A program made the position numbers and the translations under genes. From contig JANKJI020000004.1 of the NCBI GenBank assembly GCA_024626585.2, positions 152,237,753-152,258,382 on the forward strand: a DNA stretch of 20,630 bases. Reading direction: 5' to 3'. This document shows positions 9,983-20,630 of this stretch, piece after piece. The notes under the pieces were generated by a model that was not told where the DNA came from, ran no database searches, and saw only the letters and a list, made by a program, of their open reading frames with translations. The DNA comes from Ginkgo biloba. Lineage: Eukaryota > Plantae > Ginkgophyta. How positions within the stretch are numbered: position 1 is the first letter of the stretch; the number at the start of each line of letters is the position of its first letter.

Positions 9983-11082
9983 GAATGTACATAATTTTTG
10001 TAAAAGGTGGCACATCAAATAGCTAAGTAGTGGAAATATATGCATACATATGTGTTTTGACAAACCAATGAATTCTTGGTGAGAATCCATGTCAGTAGAT
10101 TTTTGGTAATCTGATATTTTTGAATGGCGACATCTACAAGGGTCATGCTTGTTGACATTGGTGGAGGACTATTAAAAGGAAAATTTTAGCTTTGGGGAGA
10201 AAAGGTGGTGGCCGACATAAGTGGGCAATACATGATTGACACTAACATGCCTTAAGGAGAACCTATACCATTGGACAAGAGAAAGTTGACAATGATATAA
10301 AATTGGGGTGATAAGTGAAAAGCTATGTCAGATACTTACATTAGAAAGAGCCTTATATGACTCAAGTAACTAAAGTGAGATCATATGCATGCACCCAAAA
10401 GGGATAAATATGGAAACCTCTCAAGTGAATGTTATTTATAGGCAGAAGCATTTAATACTTCATCTACTAGGTAGCTAAGGAAGACAAAGGAAATGAGGGG
10501 AAAGATTCGAGGGTCATTACAGGGCATTAATGGCCAAAATAGCCATTGTAAGCATTAAAACCCTCACCTAATTCATCTATTAGAGATGAAGGGGGTGCTA
10601 GAACCCTAGACATTAGAGATCATTGAAGATTAGCAATAAAAGATAGCTTATAGAGGAGGAAACGGTTGGTTAGTTGGTTAGTTGAATGGTTGGTGAGGTT
10701 TATTAGTGTGGTTTGCATAAGAAAGAGTGAGGGAGTTAGATTCCTAGTTAAATGAATTATTTTAAAAGTGTTGGAGCCGTGAAAGAAGGCGTTAGGAGTG
10801 TTTTAGCGATGGAATCAAAGTGTGGGTTGAATATTTAAACCCTGGCCTAAATTTTCCAATAAGTTTGAAGTGTTGAACTGTGGAAGAAGGACTTGGGATT
10901 TTTGAATGGTGAAGATTAAATACGTGGATTGAGCATTTAAACCCTTGATTGGTTTGCTAAGGAAAAGGAAGTCATCCAAGTATGAAATACATATGAAATA
11001 ATGAAAAAGAGTCATGGGAAGTCAAATACAAAGTGTGAGAGTGTGCAAATACTTGTGGAAGCTGAAGGAGTGAGATGATGAC
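9983..11082 (+). repeat. Repeat B, copy 2, with probable continuation of the same LTR-like sequence
   Basis: The first ~260 bp is homologous to 6486-6740. The remainder is non-coding contiguous sequence and its assignment to the same element is inferred. Confidence 0.6.
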
Positions 11083-12419
11083 NNNNNNNNNNNNNNNNNN
11101 NNNNNNNNNNNNNNNNNNNNNNNNNNNNNNNNNNNNNNNNNNNNNNNNNNNNNNNNNNNNNNNNNNNNNNNNNNNNNNNNNNAAAAATTGAGGTCGTTCA
11201 TCAAATTCCATGATACTCCTAATGTTAACTTATTATTTAAAAAATAACACTTCCATTAAAATTAACAACTTTCTTTAAAGTTTAAAGATCTATAAATATT
11301 TTGTTTTATTTAGTAATAAAACAATCCATTTACTACATTCGAGAAATTAAGAGTTTCCTTTATTAATGTTATTCTTGAGAAATTAATTAAAATAAAAATA
11401 AGAGCCACATAGTGGGGAGTACATGCCATATAGCTTTAGGATTATTATGATTAAAATGGTGCTAACTAAAACAAATATTTGGATAGACANNNNNNNNNNN
11501 NNNNNNNNNNNNNNNNNNNNNNNNNNNNNNNNNNNNNNNNNNNNNNNNNNNNNNNNNNNNNNNNNTAAACATTTTGGTGAGGTTATAACTTATAGTTTAA
11601 TAACAATTGGATAAAAACAACATTTATTTTATGATGATAAAATTGGGACAACAATTTACTCCCCACAAAATATTCAAAATTTATTGAAATTTTTCTCATA
11701 GTCACCCTGATCCAAGGGATATAACCTTAACAGATTTTAAGATTTGTAGTCTAATAACTATTATACAACATTTTATCCTACTCTTTTTCTGCATTTAAAA
11801 ATGTCATCATATTTGGTGTTTATGAAATTTGAAAATATTCCTTTGTTAATTAAAACCTTAGAAATACATGAACCACCTACAACTTTACTACATGCAATGT
11901 CTATTAAAAATTATTCATAGAAAATTTTCATGCACTCTCTAATGGGAACTTATGGATCTATTGGAATGCTCTAATAATCTATAAAATTAATGAGTATGTA
12001 TATGCAACAACTCATAATACAACTCTTTTGTGGTTCATATTTATTTTATGTAGAAGAGGAAGTATGAGAGACATTAGATGTTGATGAATTATGATTATTG
12101 AATTGATAAAGTAAATTTTTGACAATTGAATTACACTGAGTCAATTTTTTTCTTTGAATTACACCGAGTCAATGGTCTACTTTTAATGGAGTAAGGGTTT
12201 CAAAGTTTGTTGAAGTTGNNNNNNNNNNNNNNNNNNNNNNNNNNNNNNNNNNNNACGAGATGGATTTTTTACAGAAACCACTGGAAGATGTACAAGTCTC
12301 TACATGGTGGTTGAGCTAGCAGTGATCAAACATGGTTGTCCCTAAAGTAGGCCCATGTGACATAAAGATAAGTGACAAGAGTTTTAACAGTCAACTTATT
12401 AAGGATGGTATAAGTTTTA

Positions 12420-12461
12420 ATGGGAAGGTACTTGAATATTTGAACTGCAAAGGACTAGGGG
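12420..12461 (+). mobile_element. Possible N-terminal motif of a LINE ORF2
   Basis: KVLEYLNCKGLG resembles the L1 endonuclease start M(K/R)IL(S)WNCRGLG. It is cut by a 100-N gap, so linkage to the downstream LINE is unproven. Confidence 0.35.
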
Positions 12462-12861
12462 NNNNNNNNNNNNNNNNNNNNNNNNNNNNNNNNNNNNNNN
12501 NNNNNNNNNNNNNNNNNNNNNNNNNNNNNNNNNNNNNNNNNNNNNNNNNNNNNNNNNNNNNACAATTCTTTTCATTACTTAGTTCATGTGTGGTGGCATA
12601 AATAGTTTATTGGGTGAATGTGCTAAATAGGAAAATTTGGGTTCTATTCCATCTATTTGTTTGTATCTACCTGCTCTCCTTAGCCTATTTTTGTGAAAGT
12701 GAAAAGAAAATTGAAGCATATTTCAATTCATTGATTTATCTACTACTTTTTCACTTTATAGCACACACATTTCGNNNNNNNNNNNNNNNNNNNNNNNNNN
12801 NNNNNNNNNNNNNNNNNNNNNNNNNNNNNNNNNNNNNNNNNNNNNNNNNNNNNNNNNNNNN

Positions 12862-13735
12862 GTTAGGGAATGGTCTGTTGGGTCGGTAGCATAAAAATAG
12901 GCCCTCAAAAGGCTAGTGAAGGTTCATAATACTAACATTTTATTTTTACAGTATATTTTGGGTAAAGTTGAAGTTTTGATTAGGACTTTGATCTATTATT
13001 GGAAGGAGTGGGATTTTATTTCCATTGACTTTGTAGGTCATTCTAGGGGTCACTTGTTGGGTTGGAGAAGAAGGGACTTTCTTTGTTTAAAATATTTGTC
13101 CATTATTTCTGGGTTAGGTGTAGTTTTAATCTCTTAGGACTTATGGGAGGTGTTTTTTGTTCTGAATCTTTATGGTCCATATGACGATAGAGTTGTTTAT
13201 TAGCACAGGCTCTTCATTAATGCTATTTTTTGTTAAAAGAATCTAATTATTAGAGGGGATTTAAATTTTTCCTTGGGTAGAGAAAAGGTTTGGGGATATT
13301 TAGCTCATTCAGATCCATTATCTAATTATTTTACAATGAAACTAGAAAGTGTGTATCTTCTAGATGTAGCCCCTATTAATTTATCCCCAACATGGAGCAA
13401 TTTAATGATTAGATAAGATGGCATTGATAAAAGGCTTGATAGGTTTTTATTAGTTAAATCTCTAGTAAATCAAAAGTATAAGATAATGCAATGGGTTGGA
13501 GTAGGAGGATATGGAAATCACTTATTAGTATTATTGGAGATGGTCTCTTGAGGAAGGAAACTGCCAAGTTCTTTTAAATTCAATTACACATGGTTGGAGG
13601 AGGAGGCTTTCATGAAGTTGATTAAGGATTATTGGATTCCATTTTATGGCACCCGAAGGGAGTCAAGTTGTCTTTAGTTTGAAAAAATCTTTAAAAGCCT
13701 AAAATAAGTGGTATCTTGGTGGGCAAATTAAAAGA
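12862..13735 (+). mobile_element. Decayed L1-clade LINE ORF2, APE-like endonuclease region (copy a)
   Basis: Ordered motifs: ALKRLV..ILFLQ, D.VGHSRGHLLGW (G.SGGL..W), NLYGPY, IIRGDLNF (GGDFN), PTWSN, KRLDRFL, GNH (SDH), FKFNYTWLEEE; many in-frame stops. Confidence 0.93.
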
Positions 13736-13835
13736 NNNNNNNNNNNNNNNNNNNNNNNNNNNNNNNNNNNNNNNNNNNNNNNNNNNNNNNNNNNNNNNNN
13801 NNNNNNNNNNNNNNNNNNNNNNNNNNNNNNNNNNN

Positions 13836-16099
13836 TTGGTTAATGATTCTTAGATTCTATTTGATGGTACCTAAAGGGAGTTGTCTTATCTTTAGTTTAC
13901 AGAAATCTTGAAAATTCTAAAACAAGTGGTCTCTTGGTGGGAACATTAGAAGAAGATGAAGGATGAATAAGAGTTGGTGTATATAAAAAGACAGTTAGAG
14001 GAATTCTATAGTAAAGGACTAGTTGGCTTCCCAGATGAGGTCACAAAAGTTAGAGTCAAGGGTTTGAAATTAAGGAAAAGGAAGTTATTGGATGATAGCA
14101 AATATTTATGGAGATTGAAAAGTATGGATTTATGGTTGTCCAAAGGGTACGAGAACATAACCTTCTTTCATCAATATGAAAACTTTCGTAAGAATGTAAA
14201 TATTATCTAGAAGCTAGAAAGACCTGATGGTTTAGAGGAAACATGTTATGAATATTTGGCTAAAATTGGGATGGAACACTTTTATGGTATCTATAAAGAG
14301 GAGAACTGAGATTCTATTATTGAGGTGATCAAGATGACATATTTTTTTCCTAGTTTTGTGGGAGAAGAGGACAATGGGAGGATTTTAGAGGCAGTGACAA
14401 AAGGAGAACTTCAAGAGGTAATGAATAAACTCCAAAAGGGTAAAATTCCAAGCCCAAATGGATGGACTATAGAATTATTTATGATCTTTTATGAGCTCTT
14501 AGAGGAAGTTTTATTGAGGCTCATTGAAGAATCCAAAATATTAGGTAAAATGTTAGCAATTTTCAAATCAACATTCATAGCCCTCATCCAAAAGTTTGAC
14601 AATCCAAGGTCCTTTGAGGAATATAGGCCTATATCCTTATGTAATGTTTTCTATAAGATCATTTCTTAAAATTATGGAAAATATGGTAAAGAATATTCTT
14701 CTAAGATTAATTTTAGAAATATGAGGGTTTTTTCAAGGGATAATAATTTTAGTCAATATGGTATTAGCTCTAGAGTATCTTCATTCATCAAAGATAAGGA
14801 GGGATAAAATTATGTTTATTAAGATAGATATGGCCAAAGCTAGGTTTTTTCTTCTCCAAGTCCTCGAACACTTTGGGTTCTATAGTGATTAGAGAAGATG
14901 TGTTGAGGGTTTCATCTCCAACCATTCTTATTCTATCCAAGAAAATGGTATTCCAACTAGATATTTCAAAGGTATAAGAGGTATTATATAAGGTTGTTTG
15001 CTCTCTCATAGATTTTTCATATTTGTAATGAAATATTTGGACATAATTATATCCAACAAAGTTGATAAGGGATCCTTTATTAGAGAAAAGGTTACCTCTA
15101 ACTATAAATAGGTATCCAATGTGTAGTTTATAGATGACACTATTCTTATAAGTAAGGATTATCTAGATAACAATAATTTTTTTAAGGAGGTATTAAATAC
15201 ATTATTACTTGCAATAGGAGGTTTGATCAAAAAAGAAAGAAAATTTATTTTTATCCTAAATGGTTTGGTGAGATTGCATGATAGAATCTATAAATTAATA
15301 GGGTTTCAGAGAGAAAGGTTTGATACTCTAACAATATATTTAGGAGTAAAATTATCTCTCAACCTTATTAAAAATAAGGATTGGTCTCCTCTCCTCCAAA
15401 AATTATGAAATAAAATTGAAGGATGGTCCTCAGTGTGGCTTACCTTGGTAGGGAAGGTAACACTCATTAAATCTANNNNNNNNNNNNNNNNNNNNNNNNN
15501 NNNNNNNNNNNCTAGAAGCTCTAAAATTAATTCTTGAGGAGTTTGATAAAATCGTAAGGTCCTTAATTTGGAAGGGATAAAAGGAGAAATAAATAATTCA
15601 TTAGATAAATTGGGATTCTCTTTACAAATCCAAAATAAAAGGTGGATTTGGCATCAGAAGACTAAGTGACATCGTGGTAGCATTTGAGGCTAAGGAAGCT
15701 TGGAGATTAGTTATAGGGCCTAAAAATTTATGGAAAGACATCTTATTAAAAAATTATAGGATATCCTTCTTATGGTCCTCTAATCATCACAAAATGGGTT
15801 CAATTTTTTGGAGAAACAATGTCTAAGGGATTCTCTTAATTTGGGTGTTTTTAACATGTATTTTAGGAGATGGAAAGGATATTCTTTTTTTTTATGAAGA
15901 TTTTATGTTAGAGAAAACTTTATGAAAGGAAATGGAGATAGAAAATATGACAGAATATTATTAGCATAGAGGTTTATGGAGGATGAGAGACTTCATAAAG
16001 AAAGGGGTTATGGAATGCCCTAAAGGTCAACTTGCAATTTACTCTTGGAAGCTAATAGAGCATTGGCTAGATCTTCTTGAGAGGTTCAATTGAGATTAT
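13836..16099 (+). mobile_element. Decayed L1-clade LINE ORF2, linker, reverse transcriptase and C-terminal region (copy b)
   Basis: Ordered motifs: WRLKS..LWL..G..N..FFH, GKIPSPNGW (K.PGPDG), STFIALIQK, YRPISLCNVFYKII, KIDMAKA, KGIRGII*GCLLS (RGLRQGCPLS), FIDD at 15127-15138 (catalytic FADD/YADD equivalent), YLGV, WLTLVGKVTLIKS, GGFGIR. Stops and frameshifts throughout, and the YDRVxW segment after KIDMAKA is missing. Confidence 0.95.
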
Positions 16100-16199
16100 N
16101 NNNNNNNNNNNNNNNNNNNNNNNNNNNNNNNNNNNNNNNNNNNNNNNNNNNNNNNNNNNNNNNNNNNNNNNNNNNNNNNNNNNNNNNNNNNNNNNNNNN

Positions 16200-16887
16200 T
16201 CTTCTTTTATGCATTTACACTTAGAGTTTATAATTCAAAATAATTAATCTATTAGTTGAGGCCAAGTTGTTAGTATGTTGAAAGTATCATCTTTTTGGTT
16301 TCATACTTTGAGTGATGTTAGAATTCATTACTTTATAAGATCATTTATCATCTGAAGAAATTTATTTTCCACATACTCTTAAAGCGGTGTTGTAGAGTAT
16401 AGGAAGAAATACCTTTGATATGTTATTCTATTAAAGTAGTTGGACGCTACCAACGATGTCATAATAGAATGATGTAATTGTTTGTTCATAGAGTTTTAGT
16501 TACCTAAATAGTTCATTTCATGCCATTATGAAATCTCTTAATAAGGCATTTATAATTGTAGAGTTTTCATGCCATTATGAAATCTCATGCTATTGTGAAA
16601 TTTTAATTAGAAGTTTATTTGGAGAATAAATTAGTACCTAAATATGTTTGTATGTTAATTTTGGATCCTTCTGTATTGGAGTTTTCAATTAGTTCAATGG
16701 AAAAAAACATATAGACATCGAAGTAGAAAGAATTAATGATTTTCTAAAGAACATGAACTTGACAAAATTATACATAGAACTTGTTGAAATAGAAAATAAA
16801 GTAAAGGCAAGGACATGTATATCTACTCGATAGAAGCCAAATTTGACATTAGACCAAAAGAAATGGGATTAATCATATGGAAGTAAT
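16200..16887 (+). repeat. Unclassified dispersed repeat A, copy 2
   Basis: Aligns to ~5780-6454; similarity ends at GGAAGTAAT/GGAATTAAT. Confidence 0.95.
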
Positions 16888-17735
16888 ACTGAGCTCAGGT
16901 TTGTATAATGTACATAGTATATTAGTAATTATTTTGGTCTAAGTCACTTTGAATATTTTAAGTAAAGTTGTAATATATTATTTATCTAAAGAATATCTAA
17001 AATATAAAAAGGGAATATTTTAGAAATTGAATAGGTGGGTATTTATACCTATAAAAGATGATCCTTATAAATATTCACCATGGGTGAGAGCAATCTAATT
17101 GATAGAATAATTTTACTAAATTAAACAAATAGTGTACAACCTCTCTCTCTATGGTCTTGTTGACACCTCATTTTGAGCCAATCAAGAAGTAGCATATAAG
17201 TGAAGCAACAAATTCATGACATTCTATAAGTACTTGCAAATTCATCATCTATCAAAAGATATATCAGATGTTTTATTCACCAAAAAGTTATTTGCATTAA
17301 GTACATCCTAGATTTGAAGTTCCATCAAATATTCTAATTCATGGATTAGTTACAAACATAAGAAGGTGATCATAACCTAGAGTTGAGTCCAAGGTCTACT
17401 TCACATGAAGATATCATGGGTCTAATCCAACCAACCTCCACTTTGGATGAGAGGTGGTCACATCCCATATATCTTCCCTATTCTATGGATCTATTGTTCC
17501 CATCATATAAGAATGATTTTTCCACACTTCTCCATAAAGAAATAAGGAATGCATAATTGTTTATGGGAAGTAATGGGCAGATTACTCGGTGACTAGAAAG
17601 ACAACCATTTATTTATGTCCCACTTTAATCCCTCTCTTTCAAACGAAATCCTTCCAATCCATCTCCTATCATCCTCACCACTTTAAAATAACTTGGGGAC
17701 TAGAACAACTCGACCTACACATAAGAATGAGAATA

Positions 17736-18048
17736 AAGATGCACTTGCCCCACTACTATCACCTTATGTATTTCTTTCCACTTCCACCTATTCCATGCCT
17801 TCATATGAAAATCCCTTAGAGTAAGGGGCATGAGACCCATAGCATGCATATTGTTCATCACCGAAATCCATCATCTTTCGCCTGAGCTCAGTCTTCGCCA
17901 TCGTTATGTTCCTTCATCTATTAAGCTGGTCCCTTTATAGAAGATTTACCAATGTTTGGATGCCTTACAACAACTTCTCAGACACCTTTTGGCTCATCCT
18001 TTGAGGACAACATGAGATACAACATGGCTCATTTATACTTGGTGGTAG
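17736..18048 (+). repeat. Repeat C, copy 2
   Basis: Same co-linear conserved blocks as 8566-8868, but more diverged than the repeat A copies. Confidence 0.85.
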
Positions 18049-20221
18049 AACGAGTTGAACGAGACATGTTATCAGTGAATGGGAAAATAATTTTATTCAT
18101 GTTATGGCATCCCTAGAGTAGATAGAGTGACCCCTAGGTCATCTTGGAAGAAGTCCCAAGAGAAGGAAAATTATCACATCCTGGGTCTACGTTCATTCCC
18201 TAACTTATTCAAGAGCAATCTAGCATCCAAGATACTTTTAATTCTCACCCATACAAGAGACTTCATATTTTCATAAGGTTATTCCCCTCCCTGGTCAAAT
18301 TATCCTCTCCCTATCTTGGTCAGAAAAGTCCTAGACAATCCAAGAGANNNNNNNNNNNNNNNNNNNNNNNNNNNNNNNNNNNNNNNNNNNNNNNNNNNNN
18401 NNNNNNNNNNNNNNNNNNNNNNNNNNNNNNNNNNNNNNNNNNNNNNNNNNNNNNNNNNNNNNNNNNNNNNNNNNNNNNNNNNNNNNNNNNNNNNNNNNNN
18501 NNNNNNNNNNNNNNNNNNNNNNNNNNNNNNNNNNNNNNNNNNNNNNNNNNNNNNNNNNNNNNNNNNNNNNNNNNNNNNNNNNNNNNNNNNNNNNNNNNNN
18601 NNNNNNNNNNNNNNNNNNNNNNNNNNNNNNNNNNNNNNNNNNNNNNNNNNNNNNNNNNNNNNNNNNNNNNNNNNNNNNNNNNNNNNNNNNNNNNNNNNNN
18701 NNNNNNNNNNNNNNNNNNNNNNNNNNNNNNNNNNNNNNNNNNNNNNNNNNNNNNNNNNNNNNNNNNNNNNNNNNNNNNNNNNNNNNNNNNNNNNNNNNNN
18801 NNNNNNNNNNNNNNNNNNNNNNNNNNNNNNNNNNNNNNNNNNNNNNNNNNNNNNNNNNNNNNNNNNNNNNNNNNNNNNNNNNNNNNNNNNNNGTTTGTGT
18901 TGTATGTGAGAAAGGTTGGTTATTAGTTAGTGAATCTCTTTTAATGACCCCATAAGAGAGAAGATATTTTGGATAGTTAAGAAAAGAAGAATGTTTTTGG
19001 AACATTCATTTCTACTCATGTTGTAATATTTGATGTGAATTATGACTTCTGTTTAAATGAATTACGAGTGTCATTTTTATTCATCTAACTATTTTCTTGA
19101 ATTGAAAATAAANNNNNNNNNNNNNNNNNNNNNNNNNNTAATTTTGTTCCATCAATGTGTGGTATGATATATAAGATTTCCATTTTGTAGTACTAAAGTT
19201 GTCACTAAATCTCTGTTCTAACCTTTATTCCACTACTGTATCAAGAGGATTGGCTATATTGACATATTCATCCTAGTAGTAATCATTTTATTTTAAGAGA
19301 TTAATTATTAGTTGTTATTTCTTTTCTATATATGTTTCCTAGTTGTAATTAGCTAAGAGGCTTGTATAGTGAAAGGATCAGGTGTTGCCTGTTCTCAAAG
19401 ATTCAAGTCCTCTTTAAACCTTCTTGGTAAGACCTAAGGGACCTCCTTTATAGTACTGAGAGGTATCCATAAAAGGATGCTTAGGATTCATTTTATTTTA
19501 ACCCCTCCTCTCTTCATCATTGCACTTTGATCTACTTCCTTATCCNNNNNNNNNNNNNNNNNNNNNNNNNNNNNNNNNNNNNNNNNNNNNNNNNNNNNNT
19601 GTACAATGTAAATAAAGTGATTCATGTTTATTCTTTTATTTTTATTTTTATTTAGTTCTTATTTCTATAAATATTTGAGGAAATCGGCCCTTATAATTAC
19701 GGAGGGATTTTTACTCCCGTGTCTGTCCTGATTTTGTGTCATCCTGTCCTTGAGCTCGATGGTCTAATACTAATTTTATCTAGATACAAAAAATATGGTA
19801 AATACTATGTTATCCCTATATTTTATGATTTAGTGTCTTTATTTATTCCATTTTTTATGTGTATGACCTATGTTCTCATAGGTTTTGATTGGGACGACTA
19901 TGTTAGAGACACTTTGTCAACCTAGATGTGTCTTGTCATTCTGGTTGTAGTGTACTTTATCCTGCATAGGAAAATAGTTCTTGTGATAGTTTCTTTATAC
20001 ATATTACCCAAGATCTTATCTATTAATGGAAATTATTTTATGGAGGCTTTTCACTCATTTCTAATTATAATGTGGTGGATATTATTCTATGCTCAAAGAA
20101 TGAGTGTTGTTGGATTTTTTGTGTAACTCATTGTTGTCCATGTTATTGGTTAAATTATGGTTAAAATATCAAGTGAGCATTGTTCCTTTAAAAATTTAAT
20201 TGGAATTATTTTAAGTTCAAA

Positions 20222-20630
20222 CTTATTTTGATCATATATTAAGCATTGCTAGACTATGATGATGATAAATTACTTGGAGTTATGACAATGGTACCATACA
20301 TTTTCAATGCCTTATCTTCTTTTGTGCATTTAAAATGAGAGTGTATAATTCAAAAGAATTAATCTATTAGTTGAGGCCAAGTTGTTAGTGTATTTAAAGA
20401 AGTATCTTTTTGGTTTCATACTTCGAGTGATGTTAGAATTCGTTACTCATAAAGATCATTTATCATGTAAAGGAATTTATTTTTACTTCTACATACTCTT
20501 CAAGCAGTATTGTAGAGTATAGAAAGAAATACCTTTGATATGTTATTTTAGTAAAGAAATCAGGGACTACCAGTGATGTCATAATAGAATGATGTAACTA
20601 TTTTTCCATAGTGTTTTAGTTACCTAAATA
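20222..20630 (+). repeat. Unclassified dispersed repeat A, copy 3 (runs off the window; true left end unknown)
   Basis: Aligns to 5687-~6095 starting at CTTATTTT(A/G)ATCATAT. Confidence 0.95.

Larger units (their letters stand above)
1917..19599. other. Assembly gaps: 19 N-runs
   Basis: Exactly 100 N starting at 4143, 5587, 6741, 8195, 9883, 11083, 12462, 13736 and 16100; 545 N at 1917-2461 and 18348-18892; eight shorter sized gaps. Confidence 0.98.

Noticed and set aside
10665-10695. (GGTT/AGTT)n microsatellite-like run
   Set aside because: Short, degenerate and inside LTR-like repeat B; not telomeric TTTAGGG.
12137-12143. TGAGTCA (GCN4/AP-1-like motif)
   Set aside because: A 7-mer expected by chance, with no adjacent gene.
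14788-15009. 73-aa antisense ORF
   Set aside because: Shadow frame on the opposite strand of the LINE RT.
13974-15408. RT-bearing ORFs as a retron, group II intron or other novel RT system
   Set aside because: Upstream APE endonuclease motifs and the RPISLCN/KIDMAKA/GGFGIR signatures identify an ordinary, dead plant L1-clade LINE.

Overview
AT-rich, CpG-poor eukaryotic repeat DNA from a heavily gapped draft assembly with 19 N-runs, nine of them exactly 100 N. It is most likely a land plant, and a large-genome gymnosperm is plausible (inference). I found no intact protein-coding gene, RNA gene or CRISPR array. Supported content: (i) a short-LTR retrotransposon 5' end (LTR plus tRNA-Met PBS, minus strand) at 1-519; (ii) a decayed two-exon MULE-related gene resembling the N-terminus of the plant SWIM zinc-finger family (At1g60560/At4g13970 type) at 2555-3333, cut off by an LTR-element end; (iii) a decayed L1-clade LINE ORF2 (endonuclease plus RT) at ~12860-16100, apparently joined from two different copies; (iv) several unclassified dispersed repeats, including a three-copy ~770-bp family with traces of an unrecognised reading frame. 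I cannot support a complete novel biological system. The best leads are the SWIM/MULE relic with its divergent ORF relic, and the unclassified three-copy repeat. All alignments and translations were done by eye.
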